DNA from: Gammaproteobacteria bacterium
GTDB lineage: Bacteria > Pseudomonadota > Gammaproteobacteria > Methylococcales > DRLZ01
Direction of reading: 5' to 3'
NCBI GenBank assembly: GCA_022600935.1
Contig: JAHZJL010000221.1
Coordinates: 860-64,859 of the forward strand
Length of the DNA stretch: 64,000 bases
This document shows, one piece after another, positions 30,727-41,155 of this stretch. The translations under genes and the position numbers were made by a program. The notes beneath the pieces were generated by a model. That model saw only the letters and a program-made list of their open reading frames with translations, had not been told where the DNA came from and made no database searches. Position 1 is the first letter of the stretch, and each line of letters opens with the position of its first letter.

Positions 30727-32190
30727 ATGCAATATAAGGATTTGCGTGACTTTATCCAGCAACTGGAACACAGGGATGCATTGAAACGCATCTCGGTTGA
30801 GGTTGATCCGAATCTGGAAATGACCGAAATCTGCGACCGGACCTTACGGGCCCAGGGTCCCGCATTGTTATTTGAAAACCCTAAAGACTCGTCAGTTGCA
30901 TTACTGGCCAATTTGTTCGGAACACCGGAGCGAGTTGCTTATGCGATGGGAGAGCAGTCAGTCAGTGCGTTACGGGATGTCGGCAAACTGCTGGCTTTTC
31001 TTAAAGAGCCTGATCCGCCTAAAGGCGTCAGGGATGCTTGGGAAAAGCTGCCGGTGTTTCGCAATGTTCTGAACATGAACCCTAAAGTGGTTCGTCAAGC
31101 GATGTCACAACAGGTAGAGTTGTATCACGACGACATCGATCTCGGGCGTTACCCGATTCAGACCTGCTGGCCGGAGGATGTCGGCCCATTGATTACCTGG
31201 GCTCTGGTGATTACCCGTGGACCTCTGAAAGAACGTCAGAATATGGGGATTTACCGGCAACAGGTGATTGCGCCCAATAAAACCATTATGCGTTGGTTGT
31301 CACATCGTGGTGGTGCGCTGGACTTTAAGGAATGGCAGCAAAACCGGCCTGGAGAGCCATTTCCTGTCGCTGTGGCATTAGGCGCAGATCCGGCGACCAT
31401 TCTGGCGGCTGTGACCCCGATTCCGGATACTTTGTCTGAATATGCGTTTGCCGGGTTGCTGCGTGGTGCCAAAACTGAAGTTGTTCAGTGTAAAACCAGT
31501 GATTTACAGGTGCCTGCAAGTGCTGAAATTGTTTTGGAAGGTTTTATTTATCCAGGTGAATCTGCTCCTGAAGGTCCATTTGGTGACCATACCGGGTATT
31601 ACAACGAAGTCGAACAGTTTCCTGTCTTTACTATAGAATGCATAACCCAGCGCGAAAATCCGATATACCACAGTACCTATACAGGACGGCCACCGGATGA
31701 ACCAGCCGTTCTGGGAGTGGCCTTGAATGAAGTGTTTGTACCCTTGTTGCAAAAGCAGTTTCCTGAGATTGTTGACTTTTATCTGCCACCGGAAGGATGT
31801 TCGTATCGACTGGCTGTCATCAGCATGACTAAACAATATCCGGGACATGCCAAACGCGTGATGCTTGGTTTATGGTCGTTTTTAAGACAGTTTATGTATA
31901 CCAAGTTTGTGATTGTTACCGATGATGACGTCAATATCCGTGATTGGAAAGATGTGATTTGGGCCATGACCACACGCATGGACCCGGTGCGGGATACAAC
32001 AATGCTTGAAAATACCCCGATCGACTACCTGGATTTTGCATCACCGGTATCCGGGTTGGGTTCGAAAATTGGTTTCGATGCGACCAATAAATGGCCCGGA
32101 GAAACGACTCGTGAGTGGGGTAGGCCAATTGTTATGTCAGAGCAAATCAAACACCGTGTGGATGATTTATGGGGTTCTCTTGGAATCTGA
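30727..32190 (+). CDS. ubiD: UbiD-family 4-hydroxy-3-polyprenylbenzoate decarboxylase
   Basis: 487 aa with the N-terminus [22 protein letters not shown] characteristic of UbiD. Confidence 0.92.
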   Translation: MQYKDLRDFIQQLEHRDALKRISVEVDPNLEMTEICDRTLRAQGPALLFENPKDSSVALLANLFGTPERVAYAMGEQSVSALRDVGKLLAFLKEPDPPKGVRDAWEKLPVFRNVLNMNPKVVRQAMSQQVELYHDDIDLGRYPIQTCWPEDVGPLITWALVITRGPLKERQNMGIYRQQVIAPNKTIMRWLSHRGGALDFKEWQQNRPGEPFPVAVALGADPATILAAVTPIPDTLSEYAFAGLLRGAKTEVVQCKTSDLQVPASAEIVLEGFIYPGESAPEGPFGDHTGYYNEVEQFPVFTIECITQRENPIYHSTYTGRPPDEPAVLGVALNEVFVPLLQKQFPEIVDFYLPPEGCSYRLAVISMTKQYPGHAKRVMLGLWSFLRQFMYTKFVIVTDDDVNIRDWKDVIWAMTTRMDPVRDTTMLENTPIDYLDFASPVSGLGSKIGFDATNKWPGETTREWGRPIVMSEQIKHRVDDLWGSLGI

Positions 32191-32357
32191 AACAAGTGGG
32201 TGTCAGAATCAGTGCAATTTGCCATCAGGCTAATTCCTGAAGACTGTGCGACAACTGGTTATTACATTGATTGAACAAGGTTTACAGCAGAAAACCAGCA
32301 ATATTGTTTGTGCAGTGTGATGATTGAAGAGCATCTCCGCAACACTGTTTGTCTGGG

Positions 32358-33752
32358 TTAATCTGTTTCGACCTGTTTTTCTGCTTCAGTTGAGTCTATA
32401 TTTGATTCGTAATTTCCCGGCTCATTGGCAGACTGGTCCGATATAGTGTCTGATTCCTCAGGTGTGTCAGCCAGATTGTCCAGCAGAACTGCTGGCCCAG
32501 GGTCTGGTTCAGATTGGCGTTCGATACTTAATGGCTGTTGATTGGCTTTAGCTGGTTGTCCAGAACCTAGCTCCAGGCCTTTTTGATAACATTCAATGGC
32601 TTTTTCAGTCTGGCCAAGTTGCAAATACAGATCGCCAGATAGCTGATAAGCCAGCAAACTGGGATGAAGTGTAATACTTTGGCTGAGATGCTGAAGGGCT
32701 TCGTCGGATTTATCCAGGTGCATTTCTATCTGGGCCAGGGTTCTGAGTAAAACTGTATCATCGGGATTTTTTTTGAGCAGCTTTTGGGTTTGTTTATAGT
32801 ATTTGTCCGGCGCACTCACAGCAAGTTTAGCCCACAGCGCTATCAATTCATCGTTGTGATTTTTGGTCAGCGATTTAAACAAATCCTTGTCGATATCCTT
32901 TCCATTACCAGCACTGATATGTCCGGTAAAAAAATGAACACAGACTTCGGGAATGCGTTTGATTCGGTCCGGTATCGATTTCCAGATGTCATTGAGTGTT
33001 TCGGTATCACTATCGATGTTGGATTGTTTCAACAACTCGCGATACATGCTGATTTCTGTCGATTCCAGGTCAAGGTCAAGCGCTTTGTTCTTTTTCAGGT
33101 CTGGTAGCAAGTCCTGAAGTGAACTCCATTCGTTTAACTGGCAATAAATATCGTGTAACAAGCGTTGAACAACCGGGTGTCCGGGGCTGATTTGTTCAAG
33201 TCTGTTCAAGGTGTCCAGAGCCTGGTCGAACTCTTCCCCAGTCAGATGAAGCTCGGCTTTGGTTATACCGACAGTCAGATCCGAACCTGGTGTTGAATCA
33301 TAGGCTTTACGCAAATAATCATTGCGTTTATCGAACGCACCCTGGGCATGGGCGGATCGTGCAGCTGACAAATAAAAGATCAACGGTGATGAGCTTTCAT
33401 CAGCATGCTTGATAAGTGCGGATTCGGCTTTTTCCCATTGACCTTCTGCTGAATCGATCAGGCTGCCGATCAGCGCCTGATGCGTGATTTCCTGTTTTTT
33501 TGTACTTGCCTTGTTCTGGATAATTTTAGGGCTTTGCATTAACAACAGTAATGCTCGAGTCAAAATGTAGAACAGAATGAACAGTAGTGAAACAATAATT
33601 GCAAACAAATAAAACGTTGTTTCAACACTGAGGTTGCCAACCCCGATAATCACCTGCCCTTTGTCAGCGTCTGCAGAGAAATGATCTTTAAGATAAAACG
33701 AAGCAGCACCAGCCAGAACAAGAAATATGATTCCTGTAATCAGTTTTTTCAC
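32358..33752 (-). CDS. hemY: HemY-like TPR membrane protein
   Basis: 464 aa with two N-terminal TM helices and TPR-like repeats. It is the last gene of the hemCDXY order and has an acidic C-terminal extension. Confidence 0.8.
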   Translation of the reverse strand: MKKLITGIIFLVLAGAASFYLKDHFSADADKGQVIIGVGNLSVETTFYLFAIIVSLLFILFYILTRALLLLMQSPKIIQNKASTKKQEITHQALIGSLIDSAEGQWEKAESALIKHADESSSPLIFYLSAARSAHAQGAFDKRNDYLRKAYDSTPGSDLTVGITKAELHLTGEEFDQALDTLNRLEQISPGHPVVQRLLHDIYCQLNEWSSLQDLLPDLKKNKALDLDLESTEISMYRELLKQSNIDSDTETLNDIWKSIPDRIKRIPEVCVHFFTGHISAGNGKDIDKDLFKSLTKNHNDELIALWAKLAVSAPDKYYKQTQKLLKKNPDDTVLLRTLAQIEMHLDKSDEALQHLSQSITLHPSLLAYQLSGDLYLQLGQTEKAIECYQKGLELGSGQPAKANQQPLSIERQSEPDPGPAVLLDNLADTPEESDTISDQSANEPGNYESNIDSTEAEKQVETD

Positions 33753-35035
33753 TGTACTGCTCCTGTTTTCGGTGCAGAATCACCGGCCTTTTTGATTTGC
33801 CCGGATTCTGAGTTGGCTGCTGATTTGCTGTCTTCAGTTGTTTTTTCCTGATCAGATACGCCTTTGAGGTGATCGGCATTAATTCTAAATTTCGCCAGAT
33901 CCCGGAGTAGTTTCAATGAGCGACTAATATCCGGTAATTGAGAATGAAATTTGGTTTTGAGTAACCCATCTATGGTTTTAATAGCATTATTGACAGCGTC
34001 AGATTTAGTATTGAAATGTTCATTCAACCAGTCTTTTGATGACTGGAGGGAAGTCAGAAATTCCTGCTCACTGCGTCTGGCCAGTGCAGCTTTTGCGATT
34101 TCCAGTCGAATTAAATAATCTTCACGGATAATTCTGGCTTCTTCAGAGTGCAATATACTGACTGCATCCGGATTCCTTGGGCGAATGACTACCAGTTCCT
34201 TGAGGTCTGTGATCACTGTGTCCAGAGGGTCACTCTCTGATGAATTTACCTTATCATTGGCGGATTTAACAGAGCTGCCCTGACTGATTGAACTCTGGTC
34301 CATGGTCGGTAATGCCAGTTGCAGATTTTTGGCGTCTTTTTGCAAGATGCTGATTGTATGGATTAATCCCACAATATCCGGAACCTTGATTTTTTTCAGC
34401 GCACTGATTTCAGAAGCGATTTCCTCACGGACTTTGAATACACCTCCATCACCACTTTCACGCAGTCGATGGTCAGCGGCTTCCAGGGCCATGATGGTGG
34501 TATTGATATCCTGAGTCAGTTGCAAGCGCTCGTTAGCAACGCTGAGCAGGTATTCAGCATCGGCAATTAACCAGTCTCCACGGGTTTTGCCAAGCTGTCG
34601 CTCGATATTATGCAGTTTGACATCGAGTTTGGCATGATGGTTTTGTAATCGATCTTCATGTTTTTTACTGTGATCTGATAATAAGCGTTCGTATTGTTGG
34701 TCCTTGTTGTTCTGAGCTTCAGTCAGTACTGTCAATTGTTGTTCAACATTGCTCAGATGAGTCTGGGTGTTATTGATTTGCTTGCGTAATTCAATGACGC
34801 GTTTGTCCCCTTTATCAACTGAACCGCCTAATCCTTCCTGTTGGGAACGCAACTGGTTCCAGAGTAAATATCCTACTCCAGCGATCGCCAGCAGACCAAT
34901 CAGGGTAAAGGTCAGTACAATACTGCCCAGAGTGATCTTTTTTGTAGATGGAGGTGGGTTAACGGTGTTAACCATTGATGTTGTTTCATCCACCGGTACA
35001 GTTTGTGTGTTGGTATTGGTTTGTTCTGTCACCAT
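33749..35035 (-). CDS. hemX: HemX-like membrane protein (putative uroporphyrinogen-III C-methyltransferase family)
   Basis: 428 aa with one TM helix followed by a long coiled-coil region. It sits between hemD and hemY and overlaps hemY by 4 nt. Confidence 0.8.
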   Translation of the reverse strand: MVTEQTNTNTQTVPVDETTSMVNTVNPPPSTKKITLGSIVLTFTLIGLLAIAGVGYLLWNQLRSQQEGLGGSVDKGDKRVIELRKQINNTQTHLSNVEQQLTVLTEAQNNKDQQYERLLSDHSKKHEDRLQNHHAKLDVKLHNIERQLGKTRGDWLIADAEYLLSVANERLQLTQDINTTIMALEAADHRLRESGDGGVFKVREEIASEISALKKIKVPDIVGLIHTISILQKDAKNLQLALPTMDQSSISQGSSVKSANDKVNSSESDPLDTVITDLKELVVIRPRNPDAVSILHSEEARIIREDYLIRLEIAKAALARRSEQEFLTSLQSSKDWLNEHFNTKSDAVNNAIKTIDGLLKTKFHSQLPDISRSLKLLRDLAKFRINADHLKGVSDQEKTTEDSKSAANSESGQIKKAGDSAPKTGAVQ

Positions 35036-35062
35036 TGGTGCTCCAGCTTGTTTTTTGATAAA

Positions 35063-35881
35063 TCAGTGCGATTGTACACCCGACGTATTTTTTAAGCCAT
35101 TGTTCTGTAGTTTAACAAGAGTTTCAATTATACCGTTGTCGGAGGTATCAATTGCAGTGATTGTTTTTGAAAGTTCAATTTTTTCAGCTGCGTGTTGAAC
35201 ACGTTTGCTGAGTGCAATCAGCATTGTGTCTTTTAACAGAGCCAATCCGGCGGTTTCGATGATTTGTACCAGATTGGTCAGCGTTTCCACGCTGTTTACC
35301 ACAACATAATCGATTCCTCCCGAACTCCACTGTTCGAGCAGTGAAGATGGATTGAGTCCCGGACATGTGCGCCGATAGACATCAACAGTGTCGACCTGGA
35401 CTCCTTTATTTGTCAATTCTGTACGGAGCAGTGAGCGTCCACCTTCACCTTTAATAATCAGACAGCGAGACTTGTCATTGAGTTGCACGACTAGAGATTG
35501 CAACAATCCTTCGCTGCTGGATTGCGGTGGTATCAAATCCACCTTGATTTGTCTTGATTGCAATGACCTGGCGGTAGCTTTACCAATCGCTGCAATGTGT
35601 GTTCGTAATGACAGTGGGAGTTGGTTGTGGCAGATTTCCAGTGCATGGTTCACAGCGTTGACGCTGGTGAATATGATCCAGTCCCAGTGATTAGCAGCGG
35701 ACAATTGACGCACAGCTTTGGAGGTATTGGTAACCGGTAAAATTTCCAGAACCGGAAACAGAATGGCTTTGCCGCCTGCTTGCTCAATCAGCTGCTTTAA
35801 TTTCAGGTTTTGCGGTTCAGGACGAGTGACAAGAACTGTGATGCCTTGCAAAGCACGATGAATGTCAGGGTTATTATTCAT
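35063..35881 (-). CDS. hemD: Uroporphyrinogen-III synthase
   Basis: The track ORF (35063-36064) extends 183 nt into hemC. The ATG at 35881 (MNNNPDIHRALQGITVLVTRPEPQ) overlaps the hemC stop codon (TATGAATAA) and gives a typical 272-aa HemD. Confidence 0.85.
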   Translation of the reverse strand: MNNNPDIHRALQGITVLVTRPEPQNLKLKQLIEQAGGKAILFPVLEILPVTNTSKAVRQLSAANHWDWIIFTSVNAVNHALEICHNQLPLSLRTHIAAIGKATARSLQSRQIKVDLIPPQSSSEGLLQSLVVQLNDKSRCLIIKGEGGRSLLRTELTNKGVQVDTVDVYRRTCPGLNPSSLLEQWSSGGIDYVVVNSVETLTNLVQIIETAGLALLKDTMLIALSKRVQHAAEKIELSKTITAIDTSDNGIIETLVKLQNNGLKNTSGVQSH

Positions 35882-36827
35882 ACAGTGAGGCCAGTATCGA
35901 ATCAGCGCCTCTTGCCAGCAGGTCTTCAGCCATTTGCTGTCCAAGTTGAGTAGCTGATTCCGGCGTTCCATGCATAGCCGATTGAATGAATTGTTGGCCA
36001 TCAGGTGTCGCAACCATACCGTTGAGAGTGAGTGTTCCGTCGATAATTTCTGCAAACCCTCCAATTGGAACCTGGCAACCGCCGTTTAGGCCGGCATTTA
36101 ATGCACGTTCCGCTTCGATGCAGATACTCGTTTCAAAATCTGCTAACTGGGTGAGTTTTTGGTTTAATTCCAGATCATCGACTCGGCTTTCAATGCCAAT
36201 CGCACCCTGGCCGATGGCCGGCAAACTTGTCTGTGGTGAGAGCTGCTGCGTAATTCTGTGCTCAAGGCCGAGACGTTTGAGTCCGGCACTGGCTAATATA
36301 ATTGCATCATACTGACCATCGTCAAGTTTGCTGAGTCGGGTATTGACGTTGCCTCGCAGACTGTGAATTGTATATCCTGCATGTCTTGCCAATAATTGGG
36401 ATTGTCTGCGTAGACTTGATGTGCCGATGACGGCATTGTCTGGTAATTGATCAAGACTGTCAGACGAGTTCGAAACAAACGCATCTGTCGGGTCTTCACG
36501 TTTTAATACACTGGACAGTTGAAGTCCTGCTGGGAAATTAACCGGAACATCTTTCATGGAATGAACAGCTATATCTGCACCATGATTCAGCATGGCTGTT
36601 TCAAGCTCTTTGACAAATAATCCCTTGCCACCAATTTTGGCCAATGGGGAATCCAGAATTTTATCGCCTTGTGTCGTCAATTGAACCAGTTCAGTCGACA
36701 GTTCAGGAAAAGTATCAGTGATCAGGCGGGCAACATGATTGGCCTGCCAGAGGGCGAGTTGGCTACGACGGGTAGCGATCCGGATTACACGTTGAGTCAT
36801 TACAGAATTGTATGGAATCACAGCCAT
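35874..36827 (-). CDS. hemC: Porphobilinogen deaminase (hydroxymethylbilane synthase)
   Basis: Contains IRIATRRSQLALWQA, GDK..D..L..IGGKGLFVKELE and the C-terminal cofactor-Cys region (LNGGCQVPIG). An alternative start at 36800 (MTQRVIRI) is possible. Confidence 0.95.
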   Translation of the reverse strand: MAVIPYNSVMTQRVIRIATRRSQLALWQANHVARLITDTFPELSTELVQLTTQGDKILDSPLAKIGGKGLFVKELETAMLNHGADIAVHSMKDVPVNFPAGLQLSSVLKREDPTDAFVSNSSDSLDQLPDNAVIGTSSLRRQSQLLARHAGYTIHSLRGNVNTRLSKLDDGQYDAIILASAGLKRLGLEHRITQQLSPQTSLPAIGQGAIGIESRVDDLELNQKLTQLADFETSICIEAERALNAGLNGGCQVPIGGFAEIIDGTLTLNGMVATPDGQQFIQSAMHGTPESATQLGQQMAEDLLARGADSILASLYE

Positions 36828-36917
36828 ATGACTGCATGTTTATTGGAATTAGTGTTATTTAAACGCTCGTTATGATTTTGATTTGTCTTTTAGTGCTTTA
36901 TAGCTGATGACTGGATG

Positions 36918-38015
36918 TCATGCGCTTTCAGAAAATTTGTGCTTGAGCGACTTGATTTCAGAAATACAGTGTTTAATTAACCCTGTTAATTTTCCTTTTA
37001 AACTGTTTGAATTATAAACATAGAGAGTTTCATGCTGACGAGCCAGATCAGTCCATTCAAGCTTATGTGGCATTTTATCACCGAGAAAATCAAATTCTCT
37101 GACCCCTGTTTTAAACGCTCGTTCTATGGTGATATCAACCAGATGCTTGCCGGGAGAATATTCCTGATAACGATTGTCAAACGATGTTTTTAACTGTCCC
37201 CAGCGTTGCTTGAAATTGTAATGCAGACCATAGGCGACTGGTGTGTCATCTATAAACATAACATTTGCCATCAATAAATGGTTGTCCGCCATCCACGGTA
37301 ACAACCGTTTATAGTAATCCTGTTCCACAGCACTTTGCGTGATCGCCATGTCTGCATTTATTTTCCAGCTGTTAGACTCGATTGACAACATTGATTTATG
37401 TAACTCATCCAGGTCCGTATTGTCAGTATACCATTTGATGTTCATGGTACCTGCTTTGGCCACAGCTTTGGCTTTACGTTTTAAGCGGTATCTGAATGAG
37501 CGGCTCCGTTGCGCCAGAAAATCTTCCCAGCTACTGGTGATCTCTATATAAGGAGATGATAAAGTAAGAATTGTTTGAATCCAATGTTGTTTGGTGATGA
37601 CTTGTTTTAATTGTTGATAACTATGATCTTGAGTCAGCAGGGTTGGGGCAGTACAAATGTCCCAGCGTCCGATTGAATTCAAAAAAAGTTGGAAGTTTTC
37701 GGGACTGGCTTTAATCCCTAGAATGATACTGTGATAAGAAATCAGATTTGTAATAATTTCTACTGTGATTACATGCAGACCGTAATTTTTTGATACTGCC
37801 TTTGTATAAGGGATGACAGAAACCAGTTCTTGTTGATCATTGAATATCAGGCAAACTTCAGTTTTGTCAGTTGTTTTAAATACAGAGCAAGTGATCTGAA
37901 GCCAACCCGGCAACTGGGTTGGTTCAATTGATTCCTGTTCAATCAATGTTTGCCAGGGAGCTGCATAGTCCTGTAGTGCTTGTCGTAAAGTTATTATTTT
38001 TGTCTGGTATGGCAT
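36918..38015 (-). CDS. FemAB/CelD-like GNAT-fold acyltransferase of the type associated with PEP-CTERM/exosortase loci
   Basis: 365 aa. The C-terminal half (LPWMADNHLLMANVMFIDDTPVAYGLHYNFKQRWGQLKTSFDNRYQEYSPG..L..IERAFKTGVREFDFLG) looks like the Acetyltransf_6/FemAB-like fold. It lies directly downstream of an exosortase. Confidence 0.65.
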   Translation of the reverse strand: MPYQTKIITLRQALQDYAAPWQTLIEQESIEPTQLPGWLQITCSVFKTTDKTEVCLIFNDQQELVSVIPYTKAVSKNYGLHVITVEIITNLISYHSIILGIKASPENFQLFLNSIGRWDICTAPTLLTQDHSYQQLKQVITKQHWIQTILTLSSPYIEITSSWEDFLAQRSRSFRYRLKRKAKAVAKAGTMNIKWYTDNTDLDELHKSMLSIESNSWKINADMAITQSAVEQDYYKRLLPWMADNHLLMANVMFIDDTPVAYGLHYNFKQRWGQLKTSFDNRYQEYSPGKHLVDITIERAFKTGVREFDFLGDKMPHKLEWTDLARQHETLYVYNSNSLKGKLTGLIKHCISEIKSLKHKFSESA

Positions 38016-38232
38016 TGTAGATAAGTTGTGTGTCGATAAATGAGTGAAAACTCTTTATCCTGCCCATCAATTACTTGCAAGACTGGTTATAGCTCGGTGG
38101 GTTCAGAATGCTGATTTGCCTGTTCCAAATAGCATTTGTTTATTAGCAAATTACATGTTTGTAGAGAAGTGATTATTAGAGCTGTAATCAATTCTGTCAC
38201 AAGGAAGCCGGATTTGAAATTGAAAAACCTTA

Positions 38233-39813
38233 TTATGATTGGGGAATATAGTCTCTGAGAATTGGAGTCGTTGTTTTAATAAAGCCCTTGATGCGGATTT
38301 CTGCAGTTTCAAGACTTTCATTTTCTGTAACAATTGTAGTGTAACGTATTAATGCACCATCTGAGCGGTTCCTGGTCAATGCGTCCCAGAATAAATACCA
38401 CTTAACGATGTATTCGTTAGTCAGATTACGGCCTCGTTGATCAAACCAGTAATAGACAAGCTGGCGGATTCGGCCTTTTTCAATGATGACTCGATTTGAA
38501 CGGATGTCCTGACCTTCTACATTGATCGATTCAGTTGATACGGATTGAATTTTCCATCCCCCTCCAGGAATACAGGATCGAGGTGAGTGTATTGAAGTGC
38601 CCTTGCGTTGAGATTCGTAATAAGCGACATAAAGATTTACCGGTAGTTTGGACGCATTCCTGTAATCTGCCATGACGTAATCGTCAAACTGCAAAGCATC
38701 CCGGTATTTCTTTTCCATGACTTGTTTTTTACCTTCCCAGTCGTTGATACTGACTGGAAAATCAAGGAAATACTTGCGATGCGGAATAATTTCGCTGCGA
38801 TTGTCAATTGATGCGACAGTTGTTCCGCATACAACTAGCAGCGCACCTATCAGTAATCCCTGAGGCCAGCTGATATTATTATCAGTTTTGCCTGGTTCAG
38901 AATCATGAGTTTTAGGCAATTCTGTCGTTACTAGTTTCTCGGGGTAAGGTGGAATTTTTGCCAGTAACCACATTTCCAGGATCAATACCCCAAGACACAG
39001 CATAAAAATTGCCCAGCCTTCAAAGTCATGCAGGAAACCATTCGCCATTTCGATTCCCCAATATTCCACAAGCACACCGATCATACCAATGCGGAAACTG
39101 TTCATCAGAATGGTAATTGGGATGCTGGACAGAAAAATAATGACGCGTTTCCAAAATGCGCCTTTAAAAAAATAAGCGCATATAAATGCCAGACTCATTA
39201 GCGGAAACAAATAGCGCAGGCCGTTACAAGCCTCGACAACTTGCAGCTGGTATGTGCCAAGATCGATGACATTACCCTGCAGGTTGACCGAGATGTCACA
39301 AAGCCTGATGATGCCTACTCCAAGACTCGATGAGATGAGCTGTAACTCGGAAGATAAAGACCGGTAAAGAAACGTTGGTAGCGGGATCGTGAAAAACAGC
39401 ATGACGAGTGGTATCCAGATTAACCTGAATCGATCACTGCCTTCCATCGCAAGTACAATTCCGAATATCAGAATCACAAGAGCATACTGCTCAATGACGT
39501 ATAGCGTACTTAATTCACCCAGTAGAAATAAAATCAGGGCAAAAACGGCTACACATACACCTAACCAGGATCCTTGAGGTTTGATGCGTTCAAGATGGTC
39601 TTTCTCCTGCCAGATCAAATAAGCCGTGACCAAAGGTATCAACCAGCCATGACTGTATTCTTCTTTTTCATTCCAGTTATAAATCAAAACGTCGATGGCA
39701 TCACGAAATACAAAGTAGATGATGACAAACAGGGTCAGATAAATAGCCCACCGAATGTAAGAGGCTTGATTTTCACTGAATTTTTTCAAGGTCAGATCAG
39801 GAGCTGTAGTCAT
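38233..39813 (-). CDS. Exosortase (EpsH/Xrt family) fused to a C-terminal EpsI-family domain
   Basis: 526 aa with an 8-TM-like core. It carries the exosortase signature residues in context: VEACNGLRYLFPL (Cys), MNSFRIG (Arg) and FLHDFEGW (His). The C-terminal ~200 aa is EpsI-like (FPVSINDWEG..., LYVAYYESQRKG, YYWFDQRGR, SDGALIRY). Confidence 0.85.
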   Translation of the reverse strand: MTTAPDLTLKKFSENQASYIRWAIYLTLFVIIYFVFRDAIDVLIYNWNEKEEYSHGWLIPLVTAYLIWQEKDHLERIKPQGSWLGVCVAVFALILFLLGELSTLYVIEQYALVILIFGIVLAMEGSDRFRLIWIPLVMLFFTIPLPTFLYRSLSSELQLISSSLGVGIIRLCDISVNLQGNVIDLGTYQLQVVEACNGLRYLFPLMSLAFICAYFFKGAFWKRVIIFLSSIPITILMNSFRIGMIGVLVEYWGIEMANGFLHDFEGWAIFMLCLGVLILEMWLLAKIPPYPEKLVTTELPKTHDSEPGKTDNNISWPQGLLIGALLVVCGTTVASIDNRSEIIPHRKYFLDFPVSINDWEGKKQVMEKKYRDALQFDDYVMADYRNASKLPVNLYVAYYESQRKGTSIHSPRSCIPGGGWKIQSVSTESINVEGQDIRSNRVIIEKGRIRQLVYYWFDQRGRNLTNEYIVKWYLFWDALTRNRSDGALIRYTTIVTENESLETAEIRIKGFIKTTTPILRDYIPQS

Positions 39814-40099
39814 GATAGTTGAACTGTATGATTCATGAGGTGGAGTAGCGAATTGATCACAGGATTGGTTTTGGAATACTGAAAATTAGGAATTGCGAGC
39901 TGCCAAACAATGATCGTTTTTTTTGCCCGTGTATGTCAAAACTTGATTCGTGTAGAAAAAATTATATTAATTTGCATTTTATAACATTTATCAATTAAAA
40001 GTCATTGCTTAACTCTAACGACGAGCAAAAACAGTGCTTTTTGCTCAATGCTTATCTGGAATTGAATATACATTAATCATTAGGATGTACTCTAAAAAA

Positions 40100-40950
40100 A
40101 CAGCCTGTAGTAAACGATTTTTAGAATTAATTACTATTCCATTTTTCGTTATTGGAAGAGTCAAAAGGGGTTTGAATCAGAAGCAGTTTTCTTGACAAAT
40201 GGTAAGATGCGATTGATGCAGAATTTAAGTGAGGAAAGGCGTTCTGAACTCAAGCGCTTATGCAAAGACGTTTGACAATTGAAGCAGGAAAAGGGGAGGC
40301 TAAAAAGGTCTTTCCTTTTTCGCGAAACACATGAAATAAGGTGTGAAGTCATCCTGACTAAATCGACTCACTATCTGGTTGTTTTGTTATGCCGCGTGAT
40401 GAAGGTCAGTCGATCGACGTATTAAGACTGGCTCAAACGACCCGCTGAGGTCATCATGGAAGAGACACTTCATGTCTAGCGGCGTATAAAGACGTTGTTT
40501 GCGAGAGCCGAAATTGTCTGGGGAGTCGTGCGAACATGAAAACACTGCGCGAATAAGGTATACACATTGGTTGTTTCAGGGTCCGCTAGTTGATGACACA
40601 ATTTGGACTTCTTGAGACACTGCGGAATGTTTACAAAGTGACCTCGAAATGTAAGCCCAGTGATGCTGTCGCAGACAATCTGTTAAACCAAAATTTCAAT
40701 CCGGTGGTAAAAAATGATGTGCGGGCAGGCAACATCTACTATCTTATACTGTACAAGGCTGCATGCTTTTGGCGATTGTGATGAATGTGTACTCACGCAG
40801 AATTGTTGGTTGACATTTTGACTCGCTGATGACGATGAACCTGGTCAGTCCCGCGTTAGTCAACGCGTATCCCTTAAGACAACCGCCAAAGGCGATTGGT
40901 GCTCCATAGTGATCGAGGTGCGAAATATATCGGAAAACACCATCGAAAAA
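40100..40950 (+). pseudogene. Decayed, 3'-truncated IS3-family insertion sequence (orfA/orfB remnants with many stops and frameshifts)
   Basis: Several fragments appear across three + frames. SELKRLCKDV*QLKQEKGRLKRSFLFRE and LCRVMKVSRSTY*DWLKRP match the IS3 OrfA C-terminus and frameshift region. LGSRANMKTLRE*GIHIGCFRVR*LMTQFGLL, VADNLLNQNFNPVVKNDV, YSRRIVG and LHSDRGAKY match the IS3 OrfB rve domain through the HSDRG motif. The sequence diverges after about 40950. Boundaries are approximate. Confidence 0.8.
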
Positions 40951-41155
40951 AAGATATTTCCTAAATCCTTTCTATAATCTGTCCTAAGTAAGGGGGACAG
41001 TTATATGCGATTGTTCTGACATGCGGATTGGCCAGAGGGCGCTTGATTCAAGGGCCATAAAATCGAATAATTTCTCACCATCAACTGTCTTTTGTTTTTT
41101 GCTTCCGGTTGATTTTAAGACCAAATAATTATCAGCCAATTTAAAAAATTGGAAT

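Noticed and set aside
35882-36064. N-terminal 61-codon extension of the hemD ORF overlapping hemC
   Set aside because: The extension lies entirely inside hemC in another frame. The ATG at 35881 overlaps the hemC stop codon and yields a standard-length HemD.
38151-38333. 60-aa minus-strand ORF between the exosortase and the FemAB-like gene, checked as a possible PEP-CTERM substrate
   Set aside because: It overlaps the exosortase 3' end. It has no signal peptide and no PEP motif, TM segment or basic C-terminal cluster.
40024-40047. Perfect 9-bp-stem hairpin gagcaaaaa-cagtgc-tttttgctc upstream of the IS3 relic
   Set aside because: No T-run follows it on either strand and no gene ends nearby. 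It may be part of the IS end or a random AT-rich palindrome, so it is not reported as a terminator.
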